Assembly: GCA_041675005.1 (NCBI GenBank)
Contig: JBAYUQ010000011.1
Coordinates: 15,270-79,269, forward strand
Direction of reading: 5' to 3'
DNA length: 64,000 nt
From: Candidatus Kapaibacterium sp.
GTDB taxonomy: Bacteria; Bacteroidota; Ignavibacteria; Kapaibacteriales; UBA2268
The notes under the pieces were generated by a model. It ran no database searches, was not told the origin of the DNA, and worked only from the letters and a program-made list of their open reading frames with translations. Shown in pieces: positions 19,901-28,442 of this stretch. Position 1 is the first letter of the stretch; each line of letters begins with the position of its first letter. A program made the translations under genes and the position numbers.

Positions 19901-20900
19901 AATTTATGGTCTGAACTTACTATTACAAAGTAATCTTGCTAGTTCTGCAACTATTACTTTTAACTCGACTAATGCAAGTTTCTCAAACATAACCCCTACT
20001 ACGTTGCCTCCAGCGACTATGACTACAGTATTGGCTGATTTTATTACTACTGCTTCAGTAGGTGATACTATTTGCTTTGTAGTACAGTTGAATGACGCAG
20101 CTGGTAATGCATTGTGTAAGAAAGAAATTTGCATAGAAATCCCAGATTGTAAGAAAGATGAAGGCTGCAATTGCCCATTCGATATTAACGTGAAGCCACT
20201 AGAAGCAGGTCAGATCCAAGGTACTAGCTTCTTTATGACTAATGGTATTTATACAAGTGGTGCTAACTTGAAACGAGTAAGAGCTACTATAATAAGTGCT
20301 GTTATAACTGAACAATGTGGTGGTCAAGTTACTACTTATAATACAGGAGCTATATTCCAGAGTACTTCAGCTTGGGCTGGTATTAACGCTACTGGATTGA
20401 ATACTTCTTCTGTAACATGGGATAGTAAGGAATGTGACTCATTAGACGAGTTCTTACCTGACTATAAACTAGACATTCCGTTTACTTCGGCTGAAAAATG
20501 TAAGCTGACTGTTAAACTTTGCATTCGTTACGAATTCCTAGATTGCGAATGTTTCCACTGTGAAACAGTTCTTTGCACTGAATTTGAAATCAAAAATCCA
20601 GTGACAGGTATTGCTAGAGAAGATGGATTGAGCGAACGAACAATCAGTTCTACTGTTTATCCTAATCCAATATCTAGTATGCTGAACATAGATTACAATC
20701 TGAAACAATCAAGTAATGTGAGTATAGTAATTCGTGATTTGACCGGTAAAGCCGTTGCTACATTGGTTAACTCGGAACAGAAAACTGCTGGTGACCATAC
20801 TATTAATATGGAAACTTTCAATTTACCTGCTGGTGTCTATCTATATACTATAGAGACTGAGTCGGAATCACATACAAATAGATTTGTTATTAAGAAATAA
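16935..20900 (+). CDS. large secreted DUF11-repeat surface protein with a T9SS C-terminal sorting domain
   Basis: 1321 aa with a GTG start and signal peptide. It has several DUF11-like repeats (FTYTITYNWSGG..LYIQDVVPGAL, VRYRMAVANVGNLDAS.ATIADILPTGF, AEYKLSVINTGNTPLT.ICLLDIAP), two Cys-rich 107-aa tandem units, and a C-terminal VYPNPISSMLNIDY...GVYLYTIETESESHTNRFVIKK. Confidence 0.85.
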   Translation: MKNLLLNLGELPSKLKYFTYLLAVFSLLVIPTNEAYSQLTYSISKSNNAPTPIQSGQPFTYTITYNWSGGAPGTLYIQDVVPGALDVLSALPSSPISTISGNTVTFALTGLTNPSGSGTVQINARFKPGVTCEGVEVCNVAQISDDLKSNDWIKSNSNCVISDKPENKWQLKKEKIAGCAIDDEVVYRICITSPSGSDIGGLNLYIDSFEDLLPAGAEIIDVNGSWTGPDGVTSTGTWIGLTGGPLVLTVNPYPVWYCTYIRVKYPSPTFSVGDTVKNIAKLTYHTACDDEPKVWQDTVSTILCEGVSMGVLNKYFAYNISFYNNPFWYPTFAPGCCGEYRLWYRNIGTLAQSPVVIEDTLSGDVDVNVIQTDIPNDIAILPVTVEVYTWNGSSCNTIPAATFTYTTVGAKVESTLPADICRIKWTYDTIPVNTIVREYLDVCARTTNFKTGIPLTPGYIANNPMAVHADTLHLFDEVDTPVDTTAPNVVAVKLFTGECDGGVINPNGPFMPGDTVRYRMAVANVGNLDASLATIADILPTGFTYVGNESYFYGTFNYNVNPYNPNCSTFSSTIPTQVGGSITTPSVGDNSLLWSFPVLPANCDGSVEFFLIEFDVALSEDPPVLAGQHQNTFDFDANNSPIVTSNIAIMTVNAIAQLQTKKEVRLKGSGNAWANIANIPQGQTAEYKLSVINTGNTPLTQICLLDIAPWVGDISVLPPYSPRNSQFDLPYNPADGAITITPAGFTTTYNTSTVGIQKNPSRTNECGGFCGIADPVGALAGTWGASANTYSYKVNANSSVSLAAGATLEILVPSTIPSTTAVNDTACNSFAIQSVPAGLPNVCLSTESNKACVVAKEKEDDPCLIVERVLVDCKKVDADGNQIYGLTLLLQSNLTYTTTVNLTSTNANFFNIAPITLPPATMTTILSDFTSSASAGDTVCFIIELKDKEQRTVCKKEVCIVIPDCTDDDCLILERAKVDCKGLDQKGNQIYGLNLLLQSNLASSATITFNSTNASFSNITPTTLPPATMTTVLADFITTASVGDTICFVVQLNDAAGNALCKKEICIEIPDCKKDEGCNCPFDINVKPLEAGQIQGTSFFMTNGIYTSGANLKRVRATIISAVITEQCGGQVTTYNTGAIFQSTSAWAGINATGLNTSSVTWDSKECDSLDEFLPDYKLDIPFTSAEKCKLTVKLCIRYEFLDCECFHCETVLCTEFEIKNPVTGIAREDGLSERTISSTVYPNPISSMLNIDYNLKQSSNVSIVIRDLTGKAVATLVNSEQKTAGDHTINMETFNLPAGVYLYTIETESESHTNRFVIKK
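19512..20153 (+). repeat. intragenic tandem duplication, 2 x 321 bp (107-aa Cys-rich module)
   Basis: Units DDPCLIVERVLVDCKK...VIPDCT and DDDCLILERAKVDCKG...EIPDCK align without gaps. By my count 66 of 107 residues are identical, and Cys sits at positions 4, 14, 81, 95, 100 and 106 in both. Confidence 0.9.
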
Positions 20901-20930
20901 CAGGATCAACAATTCGATTTAAAATTAATA

Positions 20931-20967
20931 AGCCGAGATGGAAATTTATCCTTCTCGGCTTTTTTTT
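20931..20967 (+). terminator. rho-independent terminator
   Basis: AGCCGAGA ... TCTCGGCT stem followed by TTTTTTT, about 30 nt after the stop at 20900. Confidence 0.8.
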
Positions 20968-20980
20968 GGTGTGTTATGTA

Positions 20981-21114
20981 GAGATGTATTGAATACATCT
21001 CAAAATATCAGAACAAGATTGCAGGATACTTAAGAAAATCAAGTTGAGCTTCACTTCTATCAATGTAACTAAGAAGATACATCACTTTGAACAATGCGAA
21101 GCAAGTGAAGAGTC
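20981..21114 (+). repeat. dispersed repeat modules (palindrome plus modules C and B)
   Basis: GAGATGTATTGAATACATCTC palindrome (compare 9366..9384), TCAGAACAAGATTGCAGGAT (21008..21027) and GCGAAGCAAGTGAAGAGTC (21096..21114). Confidence 0.75.
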
Positions 21115-21254
21115 TAGGTGAAATAATCCCGATTGCATTGTACAGAAAATAATTGCAGGATCATTCTATATATCTAAGTCAGAATTCAATCCAATAAAAA
21201 ACCCCAACTTTGGTAAGTCAGGGTCTATAAAATAAATCAATTTTAGTTGTTCGT

Positions 21255-22607
21255 TTAAGGAACGATTCTATGAATAGTACGCGGCATAGGAATAGTCTCA
21301 CGTATATGCTTAGCGCCAGTTATCCATTTCACTGTTCTCTCCAATCCCATACCGAAACCAGAGTGAGGTACACTACCATATTTACGCAAATCCAAATACC
21401 ATTGGAATTCTTCCAAAGGTAAATCTTCGTGTTGTATTCTTTCTAATAACAAGTCGTGGTCGTCTTCCCTTTGGCTACCACCGATTAGCTCGCCTGCTTT
21501 CTCAGGGCCTAACATATCCATAGCTTTTACAACTTTCGGGTTTTCTGGGTCACGCTTCATATAGAATGCCTTTACCTCAGTAGGATAGTCATAGATGAAA
21601 CACGGTTGATCGAATTGCTCCATCAGTGCTTCTTCTTGCACAGTACCGAAATCTTCGCCCCAAGGAAACGGAAGTATTTCTTTATCAGCACCATCAACTT
21701 TTTGGATAAGTGGGATTTTGTTTTCGTGTAACCATTCAACAGCTTCCGTGTAAGACATACGAGGGAAACCGCCAACTACTTTCTTAAGTGGCTCTAAGTC
21801 TCTTTCTAATGTTTCTAATTCTTTCTCACAGTTAGCTAATACTTGCTTAACTATATAAACAGTCATATCCTCAGCTAACTGCATATCATCTTCCAAATCG
21901 AAGAATGCAGCCTCAGGTTCAACCATCCAAAATTCTGTTAAGTGCTTTCTTGTCTTAGATTTCTCAGCTCTGAATGTAGGGCCAAAAGTGTAAGTTCTAC
22001 CCAAAGCCATTGCAGAAGCTTCTGCATATAACTGACCAGATTGTGAAAGGTAAGCATTACCCAAATCGAAATACTTAGTCTCGAATAAAGTCGATGTTCC
22101 CTCACAAGCGTTTGGAGTCAAAATAGGTGAATCCATAAGACGGAAGCCACCATTGTCTAGGAAGTCACGTATAGCTTTAACTATAACCGAGCGTACACGC
22201 ATAATAGCATGCTGACGTGATGAACGCAACCACAAGTGACGGTTCTCTATCAAAAATGCATCACCGTGTTCTTTCGGGCTAATAGGATATTCATCAGCTA
22301 TCTGATATACTTTAAGTGAAGTTACATCTAACTCATAGCCACCAGGTGCTCTCTCGTTAGACTTTACTGTACCTGTAACGCTTATTGATGATTCTTGAGT
22401 TAGTGATTTCGCATTCTCGAAATCCTCTTCGCTCACATTCCCTTGGAATACTACGCATTGCGCTACACCAGAGCCATCACGAAGCTGGATAAATTGTAAT
22501 TTCCCTTTACCAGTTTTGTTGTAAACCCAACCGTTTAGGGTGATTTCTTGCCCATCGTATTTCGGCAAATCTTCTATGTATTTATATGATTTGTAACGTG
22601 AAGACAT
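21255..22607 (-). CDS. asnS: asparagine--tRNA ligase
   Basis: 450 aa class IIb synthetase. [41 protein letters not shown] closely matches the E. coli AsnRS motif 2 region ([28 protein letters not shown]). Confidence 0.85.
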   Translation of the reverse strand: [450 protein letters not shown]

Positions 22608-22730
22608 ATATTCTTATTCTTTTGATAATCTATAAAAACAAAAATACGAAGAAAATTGATAAAAGTTTGCATTTGTGGGATTAGGGGGAATTTGTTAGAT
22701 TATGAAAGTGATATTCAAGTAATTCTGGAT

Positions 22731-22781
22731 ATATTCCCTTCTTTTCATATTGGGGTGGATTGCATAGCAAGAAGGGTGTTT
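22731..22781 (+). repeat. single arm of the ATTCCCCT...GGGGTGG... repeat
   Basis: ATATTCCCTTCTTTTCATATTGGGGTGGATTGCATAGCAAGAAGGGTGTTT resembles both arms of the element at 33371..33573. Confidence 0.55.
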
Positions 22782-22818
22782 AAAATGAAAACAGTATGCT
22801 TTAAATTGAGAGTAAAAA

Positions 22819-23493
22819 ATGAAATATAATAACCTTATAAAAACAGTTTTATTCATTATCGGAATAGTAATATTAACATCCTGTTCTGTCTATGACAAAG
22901 CAACAGATTTACTCACCCCAGTCGATAACCCTATGGAATATCAGAATGTTTACTTCCCTATTAATGTAGGTATAATTAAAACTTACAATGTTTATAGTAT
23001 AGAAGAAGGAGAACTCCAATTTAAAAACAAAACTGAAAGGGAAGTAATTGACTTTAGGGATTCTGATGTTCGTATTGGGAGTAGAGAATTTAATTTGCCG
23101 GTATTTAGGTTAAAAACAAGAATATTTGAAGCAGATTCGTTAGTCTCTGAAGATGAAGAATATTTAATTAAGACTAAAGAAGGTATCGCAATTTCAAATT
23201 ATCTAACAAAAAAACACAGTGTAAAGTTCTTTGAACTAATACCTTCTTCTTCTAAGTATGTGTCAGTTCGAGATGGTTTTTGTTATGGTGAGGTACTTTT
23301 TAATGTGAAATTTGCACCATATTTAAAAGATGGTGATTATATGCAAATAAAATATGCCATGAAAATAAACTTTAGTACAATCACAACAAATTATTATTTT
23401 AGTAAGGAAAATGGATTAATTGCTATAATAGAAGATGATGATGGTGAAATAACAGAAGTCAAACTACTAGCAGAAATTGACTTTAATGAATAA
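22819..23493 (+). CDS. hypothetical lipoprotein
   Basis: 224-aa ORF with a signal peptide and lipobox-like ILTSC. No recognisable domain. Confidence 0.65.
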   Translation: MKYNNLIKTVLFIIGIVILTSCSVYDKATDLLTPVDNPMEYQNVYFPINVGIIKTYNVYSIEEGELQFKNKTEREVIDFRDSDVRIGSREFNLPVFRLKTRIFEADSLVSEDEEYLIKTKEGIAISNYLTKKHSVKFFELIPSSSKYVSVRDGFCYGEVLFNVKFAPYLKDGDYMQIKYAMKINFSTITTNYYFSKENGLIAIIEDDDGEITEVKLLAEIDFNE

Positions 23494-23502
23494 ATTGTAT
23501 TG

Positions 23503-23878
23503 CCGTCAGTTTTAACCGACGGACATATGATTTTTACACACCGGTTTCGGACTTTAGTCCCATGTTATTCAACCCCTACGGGGCTGATTTGCGTGGTGAG
23601 TTTGTGGCTACAGATATTTAGCCCCTCTGGGGCAAATCGGAGAAACTCAATAAACCTAAAATCGCCTCATCGAGGCGAAATATCTGTAGCATTTAATAAA
23701 ACTACCAACCCAAAGCCCCAGCGGGGCGATATATTGCATAACATCAAGTTGCAACACCTTGTTGTCTTACTCTATTAAGTTGGTAAAAAGATGCTGCTAA
23801 TATTGAACTGCTCCGTGGTTCTCCTGGGCGATTCACTTCGACTTCGCTCAACACAAGCACTTCGTTCAGTGTGACGAA
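23503..23878 (-). repeat. composite hairpin repeat (long version, inverted relative to 7812..7989) with an embedded type A copy 2
   Basis: The reverse complement reads TTCGTCAC..GCGAAG..CCAGGAGAACCACGGAGCAGTTCAATATTAGCAGCATC ... GTTGAATAACATGGGACTAAAGTCC ... CCGTCGGTTAAAACTGACGG. The internal stretch 23569..23745 is collinear with 4853..5020. Confidence 0.85.
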
Positions 23879-23887
23879 TTTTATCTA

Positions 23888-24451
23888 TTAACTCAAATTT
23901 GCTTTTATCACTTGCTCTAGATCGTTGAATGCCGTTTGTAATACGTCATTGAGGATAGAGTGATCGAATAGCTCCTTGTATTCAAGCTCTTCTTTTGCTC
24001 GTTCTAACCTAATATTAAGCTCTTCGGGGCTTTCGGTACTTCGCTTCTGTAAACGGCGTTGTAGTTCTTCGAAGCTAGGTGGATAGATGAATAATAGAAG
24101 TGTATCATCGGGGAAATTTCTTCTCAGTGATACAGCCCCCTTCACATCTACGTCGAATAGTATAGAGTTACCAGAGTTTATATGCTTTTTGATTTCTGAT
24201 TTCAGAGTCCCGTAGTAATTGCCAAAAATTTGCTCGTATTCGGCAAATTCTCCGTTAGCTACTTTCTCTTCGAACTCTTCTTTTGTGAGGAAGAAATAGT
24301 CTTTACCGTGAACCTCACCTTCTCGTATTTTACGTGTAGTGCAAGACACTGAGAAACGAATCTCTGGATACAAAGTCATCAGATAATTGGCTAATGTAGA
24401 TTTGCCACCACCGCTAGGAGAAGATAGAACTATAAGCTTTTTCTTAAACAT
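23888..24451 (-). CDS. gmk: guanylate kinase
   Basis: 187 aa with a P-loop (LSSPSGGGKSTL) and SVSCTTRKIREGEVHGKDYFFLTKEEFE. Its start overlaps the thrS stop (TAATG). Confidence 0.9.
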   Translation of the reverse strand: MFKKKLIVLSSPSGGGKSTLANYLMTLYPEIRFSVSCTTRKIREGEVHGKDYFFLTKEEFEEKVANGEFAEYEQIFGNYYGTLKSEIKKHINSGNSILFDVDVKGAVSLRRNFPDDTLLLFIYPPSFEELQRRLQKRSTESPEELNIRLERAKEELEYKELFDHSILNDVLQTAFNDLEQVIKANLS

Positions 24452-26391
24452 TATCCTTCCGCTTCTTTCTCGCCACCCGGCTGGTTGAGCTGTGCAAATA
24501 GCTCCATTATCTCAGTTATAGTGCCAGTACCTACGTCGCCTTTAGTGTGCTGACGTATAGAAACTGTTTCGCTTTCTTGCTCTCTTTCGCCAATTATCAA
24601 GGCATAAGGTATTTTTGCTTGTTCAGATTCGGCTATTTTACGACCTACACCTTCCGAACGATTATCGAATTTCACTCTATAACCAGAAGCTAATAGTGAG
24701 TTCACAATTTTCTCTGCAAAATCATTCTGTCTATCTGTTATAGGTAGTACACTTACTTGTACTGGTGCTATCCAAAATGGGAAATTACCTGCATAATGCT
24801 CTATTAATATAGAGATAAATCGCTCCATAGATCCGAATGGTGCACGGTGTATGATAACTGGACGGTGCGGAGCATTGTCCGAGCCGATATATTCCAACTC
24901 GAATCTCTCAGGCATTACGTAATCCACTTGCACAGTACCCAATTGCCATTTACGACCAATAGCATCACGTACGATGAAATCAATTTTTGGTCCGTAAAAA
25001 GAAGCTTCGCCCAAACCAATAAAATAGTTTAACTCCAAATGGTCAGCGACTTCTTTTACTACTCTTTCTGACTTTTCCCATCCTTCTTCGTCGCCAGCAT
25101 ATTTGCCTTCTTGGTCATCACGGAATGATAGACGAGTAGTTACTTCCATATCGAAAGTCTCAAACACAAGCTGAGTTAACTCTATACAGTTGATTAGCTC
25201 ATCTTTTAACTGCTCTTCTGTACAGTAGATGTGTGCATCATCTTGAGTAAATCCACGCACGCGCGACATACCGTTCAACTCACCTGATTGCTCGTAGCGG
25301 TAAACAGTACCAAACTCAGCTATACGCACTGGCAAATCACGATATGAACGCTGCTCTGAGCTATATATCTGATGGTGATGAGGGCAGTTCATCGGCTTTA
25401 GCATATACTCTTCTTCTTCCACGCTCATAGGTGCGAATTGCGATTCCGAATAATATGGGTAGTGACCAGAAGTTTTGTAAAGTTCTAAGTTCCCAATATG
25501 TGGTGTGATTACCTCTTGGTAACCACGTTTTAATAATTCTTCTTTGATGAACCCTTCTAATTTACGACGAAGTATAGTACCATTAGGTAACCAAACTGGT
25601 AATCCACGACCAATTTTCTGGCTTATCATATAGATGCCTAACTCAGGGCCTAATTTTTTGTGGTCACGTCTTTGTGCTTCGGCTCTCATTTCCAAAAACT
25701 CATCTAGCATAGATGCTTTCGGGAAAGTAATACCGTAGATACGAGTTAATGTTGCATTGTCGCTATCGCCTCTCCAATAAGCTGAAGCTGTTGATAGTAA
25801 CTTGACTGCTTTGATTTCGCCTGTGTTTGGTATATGACCACCACGACATAAATCTTTGAAATTACCTTGAGTACAGAAAGTTATTGGCTGACCTTTTAGT
25901 CCATCCAACAAGTCCAATTTGTACTCGTTTCCTTTCTCTTTGTAGAATTCATAAGCTTCTTCCCAAGTAGATTCAGACATTACAAAGTCCGATTTTAACT
26001 TAGCAAGCTCTTTCATTTTGCTTTCTATTTTCGGGAAATCATCTGACGATAGAGTCTCATCACCTGGCATATCTATATCATAGTAAAATCCACTTTCTAT
26101 AGATGGCCCTATACCGAACTTCACCCCTGGGTATAGCTCTTGCAGTGCCTCGGCTAATAAGTGAGCAGACGAGTGCCAGAAGAAATCTTTCCCCTCATCG
26201 TCATTAAAGGTTACAAATTTAATTGTGCTATCTTCGTTGATAGGACTATGGAGTTCATATTTTACATCTTTGTTCAGGACAATGCCTAGTGCATTGCGGG
26301 CTAAGCCGTGAGATATAGATTTAGCTATCTCGTAGCCGCTAGTGCCTTGAGGAAATTCCTTTACGCTGCCATCTGGAAATGTGATTTTCAT
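24451..26391 (-). CDS. thrS: threonine--tRNA ligase
   Basis: 646 aa with an N-terminal TGS domain (MKITFPDGSVKEF..GTSG.EIA.SIS.GLA), an editing-domain HSSAHLLA, the class II core (RVRGFTQDDAHIYC) and an anticodon-binding C-terminus. Confidence 0.93.
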   Translation of the reverse strand: MKITFPDGSVKEFPQGTSGYEIAKSISHGLARNALGIVLNKDVKYELHSPINEDSTIKFVTFNDDEGKDFFWHSSAHLLAEALQELYPGVKFGIGPSIESGFYYDIDMPGDETLSSDDFPKIESKMKELAKLKSDFVMSESTWEEAYEFYKEKGNEYKLDLLDGLKGQPITFCTQGNFKDLCRGGHIPNTGEIKAVKLLSTASAYWRGDSDNATLTRIYGITFPKASMLDEFLEMRAEAQRRDHKKLGPELGIYMISQKIGRGLPVWLPNGTILRRKLEGFIKEELLKRGYQEVITPHIGNLELYKTSGHYPYYSESQFAPMSVEEEEYMLKPMNCPHHHQIYSSEQRSYRDLPVRIAEFGTVYRYEQSGELNGMSRVRGFTQDDAHIYCTEEQLKDELINCIELTQLVFETFDMEVTTRLSFRDDQEGKYAGDEEGWEKSERVVKEVADHLELNYFIGLGEASFYGPKIDFIVRDAIGRKWQLGTVQVDYVMPERFELEYIGSDNAPHRPVIIHRAPFGSMERFISILIEHYAGNFPFWIAPVQVSVLPITDRQNDFAEKIVNSLLASGYRVKFDNRSEGVGRKIAESEQAKIPYALIIGEREQESETVSIRQHTKGDVGTGTITEIMELFAQLNQPGGEKEAEG

Positions 26392-26526
26392 AATAGTTAA
26401 GCTAGTTTTGGTCTTAAAATAGACTACAAATATAAAAACTAATGAGTAAATAATCGTAATAATATGTAAGTCTCGTATAATTCATTATTTTTGTAGTTGA
26501 TAAATTAATTAAAAATCGGAGAAGCA

Positions 26527-27312
26527 ATGAAAAGAATATTATTACTAATGTCGGTACTTATGTTACCGATGTTCCTAACGGCACAAGACGATGAGATAGA
26601 CAACCTACCATTCGATAACGAACCACTTAGAGATGAAGCTCGTACATATTTCGTATTAGCTGGTGGTATTACTTATGATTTCCTTATGATTAACGAAGAC
26701 AATTTGAATTCATTTTTAAATAACTCTGACGAATTAAAACTATCAGGTCCAATTCAGCTAACAGGTGGTCAAGGAGTATTAGGTATTCCTTGGATTAAAA
26801 ATCTAAGATTAGGAGTGTTTGGTTATGGTGGGAGTATTGAATCAGATGTTCTAGAAAGACCTGCTTATATTATGGTAGAGGGAGAACCTGATAAAGAAAT
26901 TTCAACGAGTTTTCAAACTAATTTAACTGCTAGTATGTTCGGATTTAGTGTACATTATGGTTATGTTCCTTTTGAGCATTTTGCTATACTAGGTGGAGTT
27001 AATGCTGGCTGGGGCGATGTTACGTATGAAAGTTACTTCGGCACTGATCAAATTAGTGATAAATTCTTTACTTCTTCAATTGGAACTAATCGATTAGAGA
27101 AAAGCTATTTCTTCGTTATGCCTAATATACAGTTAGAATATGCTATTACAAGTTATATTATATTGAGAGCTGACGCTAGTTATAATATGACTGTAGGACA
27201 AGACACAGACTGGACTTATAATAGTTTAGGTACTAATACAGTAAACCCAGACTTTAACTTAGATGGTATGAAAGTAGGATTTGGGGTTATGATTGGTTTA
27301 GCTAATTTCTAA
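26527..27312 (+). CDS. putative outer-membrane beta-barrel protein (tandem paralog 1)
   Basis: 261 aa with a signal peptide (LPMFLTAQDDE) and a C-terminal GFGVMIGLANF ending in an aromatic residue. It is highly similar to the next ORF along its full length. Confidence 0.75.
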   Translation: MKRILLLMSVLMLPMFLTAQDDEIDNLPFDNEPLRDEARTYFVLAGGITYDFLMINEDNLNSFLNNSDELKLSGPIQLTGGQGVLGIPWIKNLRLGVFGYGGSIESDVLERPAYIMVEGEPDKEISTSFQTNLTASMFGFSVHYGYVPFEHFAILGGVNAGWGDVTYESYFGTDQISDKFFTSSIGTNRLEKSYFFVMPNIQLEYAITSYIILRADASYNMTVGQDTDWTYNSLGTNTVNPDFNLDGMKVGFGVMIGLANF

Positions 27313-27320
27313 AATATAGA

Positions 27321-28097
27321 ATGAACAGCATGAAAAAAGTATTATTACTATTGTCGGTACTTATTTTACCTATGTACTTAACAGCACAAGATGAGGAGAT
27401 TGATTTGTCATTCGATAATGAGCCATTAACTGAAGATGCTCGCAGCTACTTCGTATTAGCTGGTGGTATTACATTCGATTGGCTTATGATAAAAGAGGAT
27501 TACTTAAATTCATTTTGTGATTGTCCCGATTTACTACTTTCATCACCAATTCAATTAACTGGTGGTCAGGGAGTGACTGGTATTCCTTGGGTGAAGAACC
27601 TAAGGGTTGGGGTTTTCGGATATGGCGGAAGTGTTGAATCTAATCAAATTGATCGTCCGATGTCGACAGCTAATGATTCTGTAATCAATGGAAGTTTACA
27701 AACAAGCCTAGCGGCTAGTATGTTCGGCTTTAGTTTGCACTATGGTTATGTCCCATTTGAACATTTTGCAATTTTAGGTGGAGTGAATGCAGGTTGGGGT
27801 GACATTACTTATGAGATATTTGCTTCCTCAACAACTATTGATGATGTAAAACAGCAAGGTGATTTTGGAACAGACAGATTAGTAAAAAATTACTTTTTCG
27901 CAATGCCCAATATCCAGTTAGAATATGCTCTTGCAAATTTTATAATTATAAGAGCAGACGCCAGCTATAACTTGACAATCGGTCAAGATAGTAAATGGAC
28001 ACATAATAATATCGGAAGTTCTACTGTTAATCCTAACTTTGATATATCAGGACTTAAAATTGGATTTGGAGTAATGGTGGGATTAGTAAATTTTTAA
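27321..28097 (+). CDS. putative outer-membrane beta-barrel protein (tandem paralog 2)
   Basis: 258 aa. It shares long identical blocks with 26527..27312 (YFVLAGGIT, PIQLTGGQGV, GVFGYGGS.ES, SMFGFS.HYGYVPFEHFAILGGVNAGWGD.TYE, MPNIQLEYA) and ends in VNF. Confidence 0.75.
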   Translation: MNSMKKVLLLLSVLILPMYLTAQDEEIDLSFDNEPLTEDARSYFVLAGGITFDWLMIKEDYLNSFCDCPDLLLSSPIQLTGGQGVTGIPWVKNLRVGVFGYGGSVESNQIDRPMSTANDSVINGSLQTSLAASMFGFSLHYGYVPFEHFAILGGVNAGWGDITYEIFASSTTIDDVKQQGDFGTDRLVKNYFFAMPNIQLEYALANFIIIRADASYNLTIGQDSKWTHNNIGSSTVNPNFDISGLKIGFGVMVGLVNF

Positions 28098-28176
28098 TAT
28101 TATTTATATTTGGAATTAAAAAAAAATTCTTATATTTGAAACTCTATTATAGACGAAAATGAAATAATAGTAAGTC

Positions 28177-28250
28177 GGGCCCATAGCTCAGTTGGTTAGA
28201 GCAACGGACTCATAATCCGTTGGCCGGGGGTTCAAGTCCCTCTGGGCCCA
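28177..28250 (+). tRNA. tRNA with CAU anticodon: elongator type, tRNA-Ile2 (lysidine) or tRNA-Met
   Basis: Manual cloverleaf: acceptor GGGCCCA/TGGGCCC, D-arm GCTC-AGTTGGTTA-GAGC, anticodon arm ACGGA-CTCATAA-TCCGT, variable TGGCC, T-arm GGGGG-TTCAAGT-CCCTC, discriminator A. CCA is not encoded. It is not an initiator (G1:C72 pair, no GGG/CCC anticodon stem). Confidence 0.9.
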
Positions 28251-28263
28251 CAACCTAGCGTTT

Positions 28264-28296
28264 AAAGCTCCTCGTATTACGAGGAGCTTTTTTTTT
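28264..28296 (+). terminator. rho-independent terminator after the tRNA
   Basis: AAAGCTCCTCG-TATTA-CGAGGAGCTTT followed by TTTTTT. Confidence 0.8.
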
Positions 28297-28320
28297 GGTC
28301 GCTAATAAGGGTTGCCTTCA

Positions 28321-28351
28321 ATCTAGTTTCTTCAATTGCATTCACTTCTTT
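28321..28351 (+). repeat. 31-bp direct repeat, left copy
   Basis: ATCTAGTTTCTTCAATTGCATTCACTTCTTT matches 44286..44316 at 30 of 31 positions (C/T difference at position 20). Confidence 0.9.
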
Positions 28352-28442
28352 TTTTATGATAACTAAGTATCATTGAATTTTAAATTAGTAAATCTTGATC
28401 TACTTTCAAAGCTACTACACCAGCATATCATTAATTTGCTGC

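Noticed and set aside
19583-20170. Two paralogous antisense ORFs (82 and 88 aa) inside the adhesin gene.
   Set aside because: Their similarity simply mirrors the sense-strand 321-bp tandem duplication, and the sense frame is continuous over 1321 codons with clear domain signatures.
23500-23778. 92-aa plus-strand ORF.
   Set aside because: It is entirely composed of the composite hairpin repeat (STPTGL..., SPSGA..., PQRGD... are translations of GC-rich stems). The same DNA at 4853..5020 is not in an ORF.
26392-26526. A leader, T-box or attenuator upstream of thrS.
   Set aside because: The 135-bp AT-rich region has no specifier-loop or terminator/antiterminator structure that I could fold, and no conserved T-box sequence.
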